From Elainellaceae cyanobacterium (GTDB lineage: Bacteria > Cyanobacteriota > Cyanobacteriia > CAZCXK01), in the NCBI GenBank assembly GCA_051117555.1, contig JBNPEG010000200.1, positions 1-28,249 of the forward strand: 28,249 nucleotides of DNA, in the 5' to 3' direction. The notes under the pieces are model-generated. The model did not search any database, was not told the DNA's origin, and saw only the letters and a list, made by a program, of their open reading frames with translations. Shown piece after piece: positions 1 to 8,626 of this stretch (positions are counted from its first letter, which is position 1; every line of letters begins with the position of its first letter). Made by a program: the position numbers and the translations under genes.

Positions 1-99
1 AGGCGCCGTTGCGACAAACGCGCCTCCTAAGAAATGCACAATTGCAGTTGGGCGTGGCGGAATTAACACCCAGTTGCCCGAAATCTCCTGCCAGTCCAT
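1..99 (-). CDS. DUF1350-family protein, N-terminal part (runs off window start)
   Basis: Manual translation from ATG at 99: MDWQEISGNWVLIPPRPTAIVHFLGGAFVATAP; the HFLGGAF motif is typical of DUF1350; AGGAGG RBS upstream. Confidence 0.75.
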   Translation of the reverse strand, partial: MDWQEISGNWVLIPPRPTAIVHFLGGAFVATAP

Positions 100-210
100 A
101 CCGACCTCCTCAATAGACTCTCTTATCATAGAAGTAATTTCATAGTTGAGACCAATTTTTCAAAGAAGGCTATAGATAAACAGCCGGGAACCCTCTCAGA
201 ACCTGTGCCC

Positions 211-411
211 GCCAATCCAAAATCGCCAATCCAAAATCGAAAATTGGTACTGGCGTGGCACAGCTAATTTGGTAGATTAAAGTAGGTTGGGTTGAGGTTA
301 CGAAACCCAACAGCAGAAACCCTTTCGTTGGGTTACGCTATCGCTAACCCAACCTACTATTTTAGGGTGTGTCAAAACTAAAATCGAAAATCCAAAATCG
401 CAAATTGGTAC
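211..411. repeat. Two blocks of STRR-like AATCCAAAATCG repeats (211-250, 374-411)
   Basis: GCCAATCCAAAATC x2; both blocks end in AATCCAAAATCG(A/C)AAATTGGTAC. Confidence 0.8.
282..357. repeat. GTAG-type REP doublet (REPIN-like)
   Basis: GTAGGTTGGGTT...AACCCAACCTAC terminal inverted repeat enclosing two internal GTTGGGTT/AACCCAAC hairpins. Confidence 0.8.
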
Positions 412-538
412 GAGCTGTTTAGTGCAGCGAAATTCTTTTCTGCAATGGGTGATTGCGGAAATCCCTACGTCTGGATTGTTCCAAAATTTCGTATAACGGA
501 AATATCTGCCCCATCTGCGTCGTTCACGGGTTGCTACC

Positions 539-1030
539 ATGCCGGAGTCCTATTCTCAAGAAGATGTGCAAGAAATTCTTGAATTGGCGATCGCCCGTCA
601 AGTTCGCAAAGGCGACGTGCTATCTCGGGGTCAGCTATTTGAAATCGCTGATGAGATGGGCATCCCGGTGCGAGAGCTTGAGATTGCCGAACGAGAATGG
701 CTCCAGGGTGAAGGGCGCGATCGCGTCGAGTTTAACCGCTACCGGCGGGTTAACTTTCGGCAGCATGTGGTGAAATACCTGATTGTCAACGGGTTTTTGA
801 TCTTGATTGATTTAGTGACCTTTGGCGACGGGGCGTGGGCGTTGTCTTTCTCTCTCTACATCGCGTTAATCTGGGGGTTGTTTTTGACCCTAGATGGCTG
901 GCGCACCTATCAAACGGAAGGACGAGCCTACGAAAATGCATTTCAACGCTGGCGACGGCGGCGGTGGTTTAAGCGATCGGTGGGTAGTTTTCTAAATCGA
1001 TGGTTGAAGCCATCCCAAACACCCCGTTAG
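539..1030 (+). CDS. 2TM domain-containing membrane protein (cyanobacterial)
   Basis: 163 aa; YSQEDVQEILELAI N-terminus, two hydrophobic helices, basic C-terminus. Confidence 0.8.
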   Translation: MPESYSQEDVQEILELAIARQVRKGDVLSRGQLFEIADEMGIPVRELEIAEREWLQGEGRDRVEFNRYRRVNFRQHVVKYLIVNGFLILIDLVTFGDGAWALSFSLYIALIWGLFLTLDGWRTYQTEGRAYENAFQRWRRRRWFKRSVGSFLNRWLKPSQTPR

Positions 1031-1083
1031 ACTAGGGTGAGTCTTCGCGCTAGCACGAAGATGCGTTCTTATCCCAATCTGCT

Positions 1084-1407
1084 GTGAATCATTCTGCGTC
1101 TAACTCTCCAACACCGAAGCGTCGATGCGTGCTGGTCTGCCAGCATCGTTCGTGTCAGCGCAACGGCTCTGAAGCTGTTTTGGCAGCGTTTCGGGAGGCA
1201 GCAACGCCGGGTGTGTTTGTGAGCGGCGGCGGTTGCACGGGGCAGTGTAGCTCAGGGCCGACGGTTCGCGTCATGCCTGACGGCACGTGGTATTGCCAGG
1301 TTAGACCCCCCGATGTGCCTGAGATTGTAGACCAGCATTTTCAACACGATCAGCCCGTCGAGCGATTGCTCCATCCTCGGTTTCATCCTCGATTTGATGC
1401 ATATTGA
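1084..1407 (+). CDS. Thioredoxin-like [2Fe-2S] ferredoxin
   Basis: VLVCQHRSC...GCTGQCSSGPTVRVMPDGTWY Cys pattern. Confidence 0.85.
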   Translation: MNHSASNSPTPKRRCVLVCQHRSCQRNGSEAVLAAFREAATPGVFVSGGGCTGQCSSGPTVRVMPDGTWYCQVRPPDVPEIVDQHFQHDQPVERLLHPRFHPRFDAY

Positions 1408-1408
1408 T

Positions 1409-1452
1409 GGTGCGATCGCCCCTCGAATCTCAAAGGAAGGGGCGATCGCACC
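1409..1452. terminator. Perfect 15-bp inverted repeat (HIP1-containing) between convergent genes; probable bidirectional terminator
   Basis: GGTGCGATCGCCCCT (1409-1423) / AGGGGCGATCGCACC (1438-1452). Confidence 0.6.
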
Positions 1453-1479
1453 TTTAACATTCGGCGTCACCGCCTTAGA

Positions 1480-1716
1480 TTAATCGCTTAAGCCCATGAT
1501 GCGTTTTGTGAGAATTTGCATCACTTCGTTGGGATTCACGGTGGGAATGGGTTTTGACCATTCATAGGGCTGAGCGTAGCCGAGTTGATACATCTGCATG
1601 ATGTGGTGGTTTACTGCTTTGAGCGAACCGACGGCAATCACGCGCAGTACTTCTCGGTCGTCGTTGTTGCATGAGGATGGGTCAAACCGCTCGGGCGGTT
1701 CGTTGGGATTTACCAT
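1480..1716 (-). CDS. Small conserved cyanobacterial hypothetical protein
   Basis: 78 aa, AAGGAG RBS; LGYAQPYEWSKPIPT..NEVMQILTK resembles a recurrent cyanobacterial small-protein family (from memory). Confidence 0.7.
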   Translation of the reverse strand: MVNPNEPPERFDPSSCNNDDREVLRVIAVGSLKAVNHHIMQMYQLGYAQPYEWSKPIPTVNPNEVMQILTKRIMGLSD

Positions 1717-1745
1717 GATGAAACACTCCTTTTAGGTAGTTGAAG

Positions 1746-1917
1746 GAGCGCTCAAACGAGAAGCCACCCCGCTATAAGGCATCGCGAATTGGGATGGCTA
1801 CAGGAGTGTGGTAAAACAATCCATAGCCTCCGATTCTGCTGATTCAGAGTTCGGGGGTTAGTCTCCCGGCACGTGGTGCCAACACTGCTGGGGGACGCTG
1901 CTCATGTTTGAGCGCTT
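1746..1917 (-). promoter_or_regulatory. Structured 5' leader with a short upstream ORF (1798-1824, MDCFTTLL)
   Basis: Closing stem AGCGCTCAAAC (1747-1757)/GTTTGAGCGCT (1906-1916); internal hairpins at about 1796-1828 and 1861-1896; GGAGG RBS before the uORF. Confidence 0.5.
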
Positions 1918-2071
1918 GATAGCCGAGAATACCGCACGTTGTTGGTAAAAACAACCGTATTAATGAATTTCTTTGGGGGGCTAACCTAAATTTTGGAATG
2001 CCGTAACGGTTTGCGGGAATGGGAATTAATCCCAACATGTAGGGGCGTACGGGCGGTAGGGGCGTACGGGC

Positions 2072-2137
2072 GTAGGGGCAGGTTTTGACAACATTGTCCT
2101 GCTGTGTGATTAACGTATTGCCTAAACCTGCCCCAAC
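2072..2137 (+). repeat. 66-bp GTAG-type REP element, copy 1
   Basis: GTAGGGGCAGGTTT...AAACCTGCCCCAAC; preceded by GTAGGGGCGTACGGGC repeats. Confidence 0.85.
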
Positions 2138-2212
2138 GGGCATCGAAACCCTACCAATATGATTCGGAAATACCACGCCATTTTTTTGGGTTAATGATTG
2201 ACCCGCCACGTT

Positions 2213-2283
2213 GTAGGGCGAAGCATTTCGTTGGCACGTTCCGGTGATGCGTTCAACATCTCGACGAAATGCTTCGCCCCAAC
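2213..2283. repeat. GTAG-type REP element
   Basis: GGGCGAAGCATTTCGT (2216-2231)/ACGAAATGCTTCGCCC (2264-2279) perfect inverted repeat. Confidence 0.75.
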
Positions 2284-2545
2284 GGGGTTTATCTGAAGAT
2301 TAAGAAGAAATCGCAGAAGACTAGCCCTGGACAGATGGATCTGTGGGAGCAGTGGGAAGCCCAAATGGATGAAGCCCACGCAATCACTAAGAAGTTTTTA
2401 AGAGCAAATAGCTACGACCCAGATTACGCAATCTCACAGATACCGAAATGCGATCGGTGCCAGGTAACGGATCTCTGTGATGCTGATTCTTCGTAGGAAA
2501 GCAAGCCTGAAATAAAACTTTTGAAAATTCTGAAAGCTCTATGCT

Positions 2546-4834
2546 TTACACTTTACAAGTCTGGATACGAGAGAATAGAAGAAAAATATCGCTAACACTA
2601 ATAAATTCAAGCCACAAATAATAAGGGAGGTGGCCTGTTGGTGCGGAGATATTGTAAGTACAAACGCCAGTCCAGTCATCTTTTGCTCGCCACCCTACGT
2701 GATCGCCAAATTTCTCAAACGCTTCTTTATGATGCTTCCCATCTAGAATGCCGCCGCATTCTAGATAAATTTCTTTTTGCACACTAAAGCCAAATTTGCC
2801 GTTGCTATGCTGCACCCACAAGTGGTCAATGCGGCGTAAGTCATCGCAGGGAAAAGTCAACAACTCGTCTGGCGTAGGATACTGATCTTCACTTTTGCCT
2901 ACCGTACGGAGCATCATCCATACTGTTTCTCCGTCAGCTTTTTGCAATTCCCCCTGCGAGAGATGTGCTGCCAAAGTCTGATATCGCTGTGATTGGAGTT
3001 CCTCAAATACCTCTGCGCTGATCTGATTAGGTGATTCACGCACACAGTCATAGCCCAGTTGCAATGCATCACGAGTGTTGCGCCGACAGGCTTCTTCCAC
3101 TAAAGGTGTGGGATCAGTCTGGGCAGCATAGAGCAAAATGGTTTCTCGCCATTCTGTTTCTTCAAATTTTTCAAACAGGATCGATTCTAGGGATGGCAAC
3201 GCTTTAATCTGTGCCGCTGCTAAATACTCTTGAAAGCTGAGGTGAGCAAATTCATAAATGCGGTCTTCCTTCTCAACTAAAAGCTCACTGACTTTCTCAA
3301 TTTGTTCAATCCACTGTGGCGGTTTTATGGCCCTGTTGATCAACACCAGCGGTTGCCTGATCCAATCCTGTAGCTGAGCATCCGTTACGGTGGTAAGCCG
3401 TCCCTCTGGATGCTGCATCATTTTCAACGCCACTTCTTGCAGCAGCTTCTGACTTTGCTCCAGATTCAGCAACATAGGAATCCCTTTCGCTCTAGGACGG
3501 TCAACCAGTTGCAGCTTACAAATGTCGGCATAGAGTGCTGCTCGATATTTGGGCAAATCATCCCCTGGATGAAACCGATGGAAGGTGGCAATCATGTTGA
3601 GCAGCAGCGGATTCACCGCCATCTCAGACAGCTTCGGTCGCTGCTCAAGCTGTTTCAGTAAGCTTTTTGCTTGTCGATCAGCCGTTGTTCTCACATTAGG
3701 AGTGTCTCGTCCGCCCCGGTCATAGCGCTCTTGGCAGGTATACCATTTATGAATAAATTCATGGCGCTGTTCATAATTAAAGGCACGAACATATAAAGTA
3801 GTTTCTGGTTTTTCAGCTGTGTAGTGCTCCTCATATCCAGGCGGACGTGATGTCAGAATGAACACCGAACGCGGATATCGGAGCATCTGGGTGCTGATCC
3901 ATTCGCTAACATCGGCACGACGAGCTTCGGCGACTTCATCAAACCCGTCAAACATCACCAACGCTCTGCCCGTTTGCAGGAGATTTGCAGCCCAGTTATC
4001 AGGAGGTTTGAGTTCTCCGTGGTCTGGGGGCGGTAAGCGAGACAGGTGATGCGTATGGATCAAATCAGGCAGGGCCGGAAACGTCTCTTTGTCTTGGGCA
4101 AAAAGCTCCCGCAGGTCGCGCAAATACAGCAAGATTGGAATGCGCTTGGGTGCTTTGTATTGCTGCACTACGGATGCCTGCTTTGCATAGCTGAGGGTAA
4201 CGTGTTTCAGCAGCGTCGTTTTGCCGTAGCCCACCGCTGCCAAAATCGCCATGCGTCGATAGGTAGGTGAGTCTTGCGTTTGCGCTAGAAAATCCCAAAT
4301 TTTCCAGTTGTTCTCTTGCTCTATCCCTAAATTTTCCAACTGATTCTTTTGCTCAGCCTTACGATGATGTTTTCTCAACACCATCCGTATCGCTAGATCC
4401 TCTACTTGTCTACCCATCAGCTCTAGCGGCACAAATGCTTCTTCCAGCATCAGAGTCTTGATGCCAAACGGTTTATAACCTTCTACTCGGTAGTCATCAC
4501 ACTCGTAGGCTTGACACTCTAGATATTGCCGATCAAAGCTTGACAGCTTCCAACGCACTGCCTTGTTGAATGTCTCAATCTGGTCGATTAGCGATTTAGC
4601 AATGGAGGCTCGACGCGACTGCCAAATTTCATTCCACAAGTCTGATAATGTTTTGAACACAAATGCCCAAGCGGCTCCAGCGAAAGCAAACCCAAATGCC
4701 TTGCGCAAGTCGCCGTCATTATTTGGATCAGCATACAACCAGCATTCATGCGCAGCAATGAAGAAGAAGATAGTCGCTGGTCCAAAGCTAATCAGATTCT
4801 CGAACAATTTTTCGATGAACTTGTCAAATGACAT
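2546..4834 (-). CDS. Membrane-anchored NACHT (STAND) NTPase with C-terminal GUN4-like domain
   Basis: N-terminal hydrophobic helices; Walker A AAVGYGKTT, Walker B VMFDGFDEV, LTSRP, NPLLL, FAHLSFQEYLAA; GUN4 signature FPCDDLRRIDHLWVQHSNGKFGFSVQKEIY...VGWR...GHLP. Confidence 0.9.
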   Translation of the reverse strand: MSFDKFIEKLFENLISFGPATIFFFIAAHECWLYADPNNDGDLRKAFGFAFAGAAWAFVFKTLSDLWNEIWQSRRASIAKSLIDQIETFNKAVRWKLSSFDRQYLECQAYECDDYRVEGYKPFGIKTLMLEEAFVPLELMGRQVEDLAIRMVLRKHHRKAEQKNQLENLGIEQENNWKIWDFLAQTQDSPTYRRMAILAAVGYGKTTLLKHVTLSYAKQASVVQQYKAPKRIPILLYLRDLRELFAQDKETFPALPDLIHTHHLSRLPPPDHGELKPPDNWAANLLQTGRALVMFDGFDEVAEARRADVSEWISTQMLRYPRSVFILTSRPPGYEEHYTAEKPETTLYVRAFNYEQRHEFIHKWYTCQERYDRGGRDTPNVRTTADRQAKSLLKQLEQRPKLSEMAVNPLLLNMIATFHRFHPGDDLPKYRAALYADICKLQLVDRPRAKGIPMLLNLEQSQKLLQEVALKMMQHPEGRLTTVTDAQLQDWIRQPLVLINRAIKPPQWIEQIEKVSELLVEKEDRIYEFAHLSFQEYLAAAQIKALPSLESILFEKFEETEWRETILLYAAQTDPTPLVEEACRRNTRDALQLGYDCVRESPNQISAEVFEELQSQRYQTLAAHLSQGELQKADGETVWMMLRTVGKSEDQYPTPDELLTFPCDDLRRIDHLWVQHSNGKFGFSVQKEIYLECGGILDGKHHKEAFEKFGDHVGWRAKDDWTGVCTYNISAPTGHLPYYLWLEFISVSDIFLLFSRIQTCKV

Positions 4835-5061
4835 CGTTAGATACTCTGGGGCAAATCAAGTAGGATAAGTGCCTTCAGTGTATGCGATGTAATGGTTTAG
4901 GAGGTTCAAACTAAAGGTTTTTATATAATCGCTTAATTTTTCCGGAGTTCTAGTTCGGCCTGTTCTGACCAAGACCTTGCAAGGGGCGATCGTCCCTATC
5001 ATCATTATCATTTCGGGCATTGCTCATCGACGAATGATTTTCGGAGGGGCAATAGCCCTAT

Positions 5062-5093
5062 GGGCATGGCTTCGCTAAGGCATTGCCATGCCC
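5062..5093. repeat. REP-like palindrome
   Basis: GGGCATGGC...GCCATGCCC followed by GTAC. Confidence 0.55.
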
Positions 5094-5131
5094 GTACAAC
5101 GAGTGGCGTGGGGGCGTAGGGGCGTGGGGGC

Positions 5132-5197
5132 GTAGGGGCAGGTTTAGGCAATACGTTAATCACACAGCAGGACGATGCTGTCAAAACCTGCCCCTAC
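5132..5197 (-). repeat. 66-bp GTAG-type REP element, copy 2 (inverted relative to 2072-2137)
   Basis: Reverse complement matches copy 1 at 63/66 positions by manual alignment. Confidence 0.85.
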
Positions 5198-5227
5198 GCG
5201 GCCTCTACGGGGTTTATTTTTTTGTTA

Positions 5228-5454
5228 TTTCTATTTTGAACCCCGTCGTTTCTATAAATAACTCCGTCTTTTCTATAAATAACTCCATCGACGCCCAAAA
5301 TTTCTTGCCGTTTCTATAAATAACTCCGTCGTTTCTATAAATGACTCCGTCGACGCCCAAAATTCCTTGCCGTTTCTATAAATAACCCCGTCGTTTCTAT
5401 AAATGACTCCGTCGACGCATATCAGAACCCTGTCAGCGGGGTTCAAAATAGAAA
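5228..5454. mobile_element. MITE-like element with 18-bp terminal inverted repeats and an internal 21-bp/62-bp tandem array
   Basis: TTTCTATTTTGAACCCCG (5228-5245)/CGGGGTTCAAAATAGAAA (5437-5454); internal AACTCCGTCGTTTCTATAAAT units. Confidence 0.6.
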
Positions 5455-5555
5455 CTCGTGGTGTTCCCCAATATTGCGATCGCCCTCGTCGGTTACAAAA
5501 AGGCGCGATCGCCCTGACCGCGCCCTTATCAACCGATGATGATCTAGTCAACTAT

Positions 5556-6857
5556 CTACTTCAGTTCTTCCATGACTGCGCGGGCGGCTTCAAGCGTGCG
5601 ATCGATATCGTCATCCGTATGCGCCAACGACGTGAAGCCTGCCTCAAACTGAGATGGAGCCAGATACACACCATGCTCTAACATGCCGCGATGGAAGCGA
5701 CCAAACTTCGCCAAGTCAGACGTTTTCGCATGATCATAGTTATGCACCGGCCCCGGATTAAAGAAGAAGCCAAACATGCCGCTAATGTGTCCGCCGCAGG
5801 CATCATGCCCCGTGTCTTTGGCAACTTGCACCATTCCGTCTGCAAGTTTTTTGGTAATCCGGTCGAGCTGATCGTAGGTGCCAGGACGACGCAACAGCTC
5901 TAGCGTTTTGATGCCTGCGGTCATCGCCAGCGGATTGCCTGACAACGTTCCGGCTTGATACATCGGCCCTGCCGGAGCCACCATTTCCATGATGTCTTTG
6001 CGCCCGCCGTAAGCACCAACGGGCAAGCCACCGCCGATGATTTTGCCCAGCGTCGTCAAATCGGGCGTGACGCCAAACTTTTCTTGGGCACCGCCGTAGG
6101 CAATCCGAAATCCGGTCATGACTTCATCAAAAACGAGCAGTGCGCCATTGGCTTGGGTCAATTCTCGCAAGCCTTCTAAGAATCCAGGCTGAGGAGGAAT
6201 GAAGCCCGAATTGCCGACCACGGGCTCAAGGATCACGCCTGCGATTTGATCGGGGTGTTCGTCAAACAGCTTTTTCACTGCATCGAGATCGTTATAGGGA
6301 GCGGTGAGGGTGCTGCTGGTTGCCGCTTTGGGGACGCCGGGAGAATCGGGCAGTCCCAGGGTGGCGACGCCTGATCCGGCTTTCACCAAAAACATATCGG
6401 CATGACCGTGATAGCAGCCTTCAAATTTGATGACGTTATCCCGCCCGGTGAAGGCGCGCATCAACCGCAGCACGGCCATGCAGGCTTCGGTGCCAGAGTT
6501 GACAAACCGCACCATCTCAATGCTGGGAACTGCGTCAATCACCTGTTCTGCCAGGACGTTTTCGAGATAGCAGGGTGCACCAAAGCTAGTTCCCTTTTCT
6601 AAGACGTCGTGGAGAGCCGCAATCACCTCAGGGTGAGCGTGACCACAGATTGCGGGGCCCCAGGTGCCCACGTAGTCAATATATTGGTTGGCATCGACAT
6701 CCCAGATGTACGCGCCTTTGACTCGATCAAACACAATCGGCTGTCCGCCAACCGACTTAAAGGCGCGCACCGGCGAGCTGACGCCACCGGGCATAAGTTT
6801 TTGAGCTGCCGCAAAAATTTCTTCTGATTTAGTGGTTTTAATCGGTGTAGTAACCAA
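5556..6857 (-). CDS. hemL: Glutamate-1-semialdehyde 2,1-aminomutase
   Basis: [45 protein letters not shown] (PLP lysine), [13 protein letters not shown] start. Confidence 0.98.
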   Translation of the reverse strand: MVTTPIKTTKSEEIFAAAQKLMPGGVSSPVRAFKSVGGQPIVFDRVKGAYIWDVDANQYIDYVGTWGPAICGHAHPEVIAALHDVLEKGTSFGAPCYLENVLAEQVIDAVPSIEMVRFVNSGTEACMAVLRLMRAFTGRDNVIKFEGCYHGHADMFLVKAGSGVATLGLPDSPGVPKAATSSTLTAPYNDLDAVKKLFDEHPDQIAGVILEPVVGNSGFIPPQPGFLEGLRELTQANGALLVFDEVMTGFRIAYGGAQEKFGVTPDLTTLGKIIGGGLPVGAYGGRKDIMEMVAPAGPMYQAGTLSGNPLAMTAGIKTLELLRRPGTYDQLDRITKKLADGMVQVAKDTGHDACGGHISGMFGFFFNPGPVHNYDHAKTSDLAKFGRFHRGMLEHGVYLAPSQFEAGFTSLAHTDDDIDRTLEAARAVMEELK

Positions 6858-6967
6858 AGCTTTCTCCTTCCTTCGTCTTGAATCTGTGTTTCAAGAATCT
6901 GCGTTCAAACTGCCGTGTTTCATTAGGGCGACTATCGCCGTACGCTCTCGCGTCAGGACGTCGAACG

Positions 6968-7143
6968 GTGGTGAGCCCCCGCGCCGTGGGGTATGTATTT
7001 AGCGTAACGCCCTAGAGATCCCCCTAAATCCCCCTTGAAAAGGAGGACTTCAACACCCTGTAAATAGCCCCCTTAAAAAGGGGGCAGCGACAGCGGGGGA
7101 GCTCACACATGCGCTAAACGCATACGGCGCGGGGGCTCACCAC
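6968..7143. mobile_element. Nested palindromic MITE/REP-like element
   Basis: Outer perfect 20-bp IR GTGGTGAGCCCCCGCGCCGT (6968-6987/7124-7143); second IR GTATGTATTTAGCG/CGCTAAACGCATAC; core CCCCCTT-AAAAGGGGG hairpins common in cyanobacteria. Confidence 0.7.
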
Positions 7144-7240
7144 ACAAACCTAAGCCCAGAGGGCTATATTCATTATCCTATCGATCGCGCCTTAGAGTGT
7201 CGGGGATGTAGCAAAGCGTCAAGAAAGGACGAGTTTTGAA

Positions 7241-7292
7241 TGCATTCGACACGCATTCGACGCGCATTCGATCATGCATTCGATCATGCATC
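7241..7292. repeat. Short tandem repeat GCATTCGA(N3-4), 4 copies plus a partial
   Basis: gcattcgacac gcattcgacgc gcattcgatcat gcattcgatcat gcatc. Confidence 0.75.
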
Positions 7293-7366
7293 ACACCGAT
7301 ACAGCGTCGTTACAGCCTGCATGCTAGACTGCAAACCTGCAACGGGAGAGGAGTGAGGAGTATTGG

Positions 7367-8587
7367 ATGTTTGACTATGCGGTGATTGGGAAAGGCTTAA
7401 TTGGCTCATCGGCGGGGCGATCGCTCGCTCAGAGTTCGAGCCGCGTTGCCATCATCGGCCCTGATGAACCGAGCCATTTCGCATCCCATGCGGGTATCTT
7501 CGCTAGCCATTACGACCAAGGGCGCATTACTCGCATCCTCGATGCCGATTGGATTTGGGGAACCCTAGCCAAACGTTCGATCCACCAGTATGCCGACATC
7601 GAAGCAGACAGCGGCATTTCCTTCCATCATCCCGTCGGTGCCCTGCGAGTCGGGCACAATACCCCCGATCGCATCCGCTACATTACTCAAAACAAAGCCG
7701 TCGGGCAAACCCTCCAGGCGACCTTTCAAGACTATTCCCGATCTGAGCTTCAGCAGCAGTTTCCCTATTTTTCATTTGCGTCAGATTCTATTGGGCTCTA
7801 TGAAACAGGGGGAGCGGGGTTCATCAATCCTCGCGGGCTGATTCAGGCACAGCTCCAATGTGCTCAACAGAGAGGAGCAACCGTGATTCGTGAAATTGCT
7901 AAAGATATTTCATTAGAACCCGATCGGTGTATCATCCACACCCAGGATGGGAGCCGCTACGATGCTCAGAAAGTCTTGGTTACGACGGGCGCGTTTACCA
8001 ATTTCTTTTCTCTCATCCAGCGCCCACTCGACCTCAAGCCCGTCGCCGAATCAATCCTGCTGGCAGAACTGAGCGAGTCTAGCTTGCAGGCGATACGCGC
8101 TCCGCATGGGCACGCCACCTCAATGCCATCCCTGATGTATCAATTTCCAGACGAGCATCATGACGATCGAATGCTAGCTGTGTATATGGTGCCTCCCGTC
8201 GAATTTCCCGATGGAAAAACCTATTTGAAAATTGGCGTGGGCAGTCAGCGAGATCGGATATTTGATTCGCTGGAGAACCTGACGACATGGTTTAAGCAGG
8301 GGCCAGACCCGGCGACCCATGACCATATCCACGCCTTGTTAACGGCGATCATGCCTGAGTTAGAAATCGTTGCCACCCATGTCAATCCCTGTGTCTTGAC
8401 CTACACGCCCACTAACTATCCCTTTATTGATGTAATTAAGCCGGATCGCGTGTTTGTAGCGACGGGGGGATGTGGCTATGCGGGCAAGTCATCCGTTGAA
8501 ATTGGGGCGATCGCCGCTCGGCTGACCCGTCATGGCACCTGGGTCGAGGATCTAGATGCGAACTTGTTTAAAGCCAGATGGCGTTGA
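7367..8587 (+). CDS. FAD-dependent oxidoreductase (DAO / monomeric sarcosine oxidase-like)
   Basis: AVIGKGLIGS Rossmann motif, SHYDQGRITR, PCVLTYT..YPFID, GGCGYAGKSS. Confidence 0.85.
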   Translation: MFDYAVIGKGLIGSSAGRSLAQSSSRVAIIGPDEPSHFASHAGIFASHYDQGRITRILDADWIWGTLAKRSIHQYADIEADSGISFHHPVGALRVGHNTPDRIRYITQNKAVGQTLQATFQDYSRSELQQQFPYFSFASDSIGLYETGGAGFINPRGLIQAQLQCAQQRGATVIREIAKDISLEPDRCIIHTQDGSRYDAQKVLVTTGAFTNFFSLIQRPLDLKPVAESILLAELSESSLQAIRAPHGHATSMPSLMYQFPDEHHDDRMLAVYMVPPVEFPDGKTYLKIGVGSQRDRIFDSLENLTTWFKQGPDPATHDHIHALLTAIMPELEIVATHVNPCVLTYTPTNYPFIDVIKPDRVFVATGGCGYAGKSSVEIGAIAARLTRHGTWVEDLDANLFKARWR

Positions 8588-8626
8588 ATTAGACCCTGAC
8601 CCCCCGTCAGAGTTTTTGGATAGGGC

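Noticed and set aside
1844..2379. ORFs 1844-2209 and 2191-2379
   Set aside because: Run through REP elements and the structured leader; no protein-like signal
5239..5425. Possible CRISPR array
   Set aside because: Units are contiguous and recurring with no unique spacers; no cas genes in the window
5083..5681. Short ORFs 5083-5319, 5273-5551 and 5403-5681
   Set aside because: Translations of repeat DNA or antisense to hemL; no recognisable motifs
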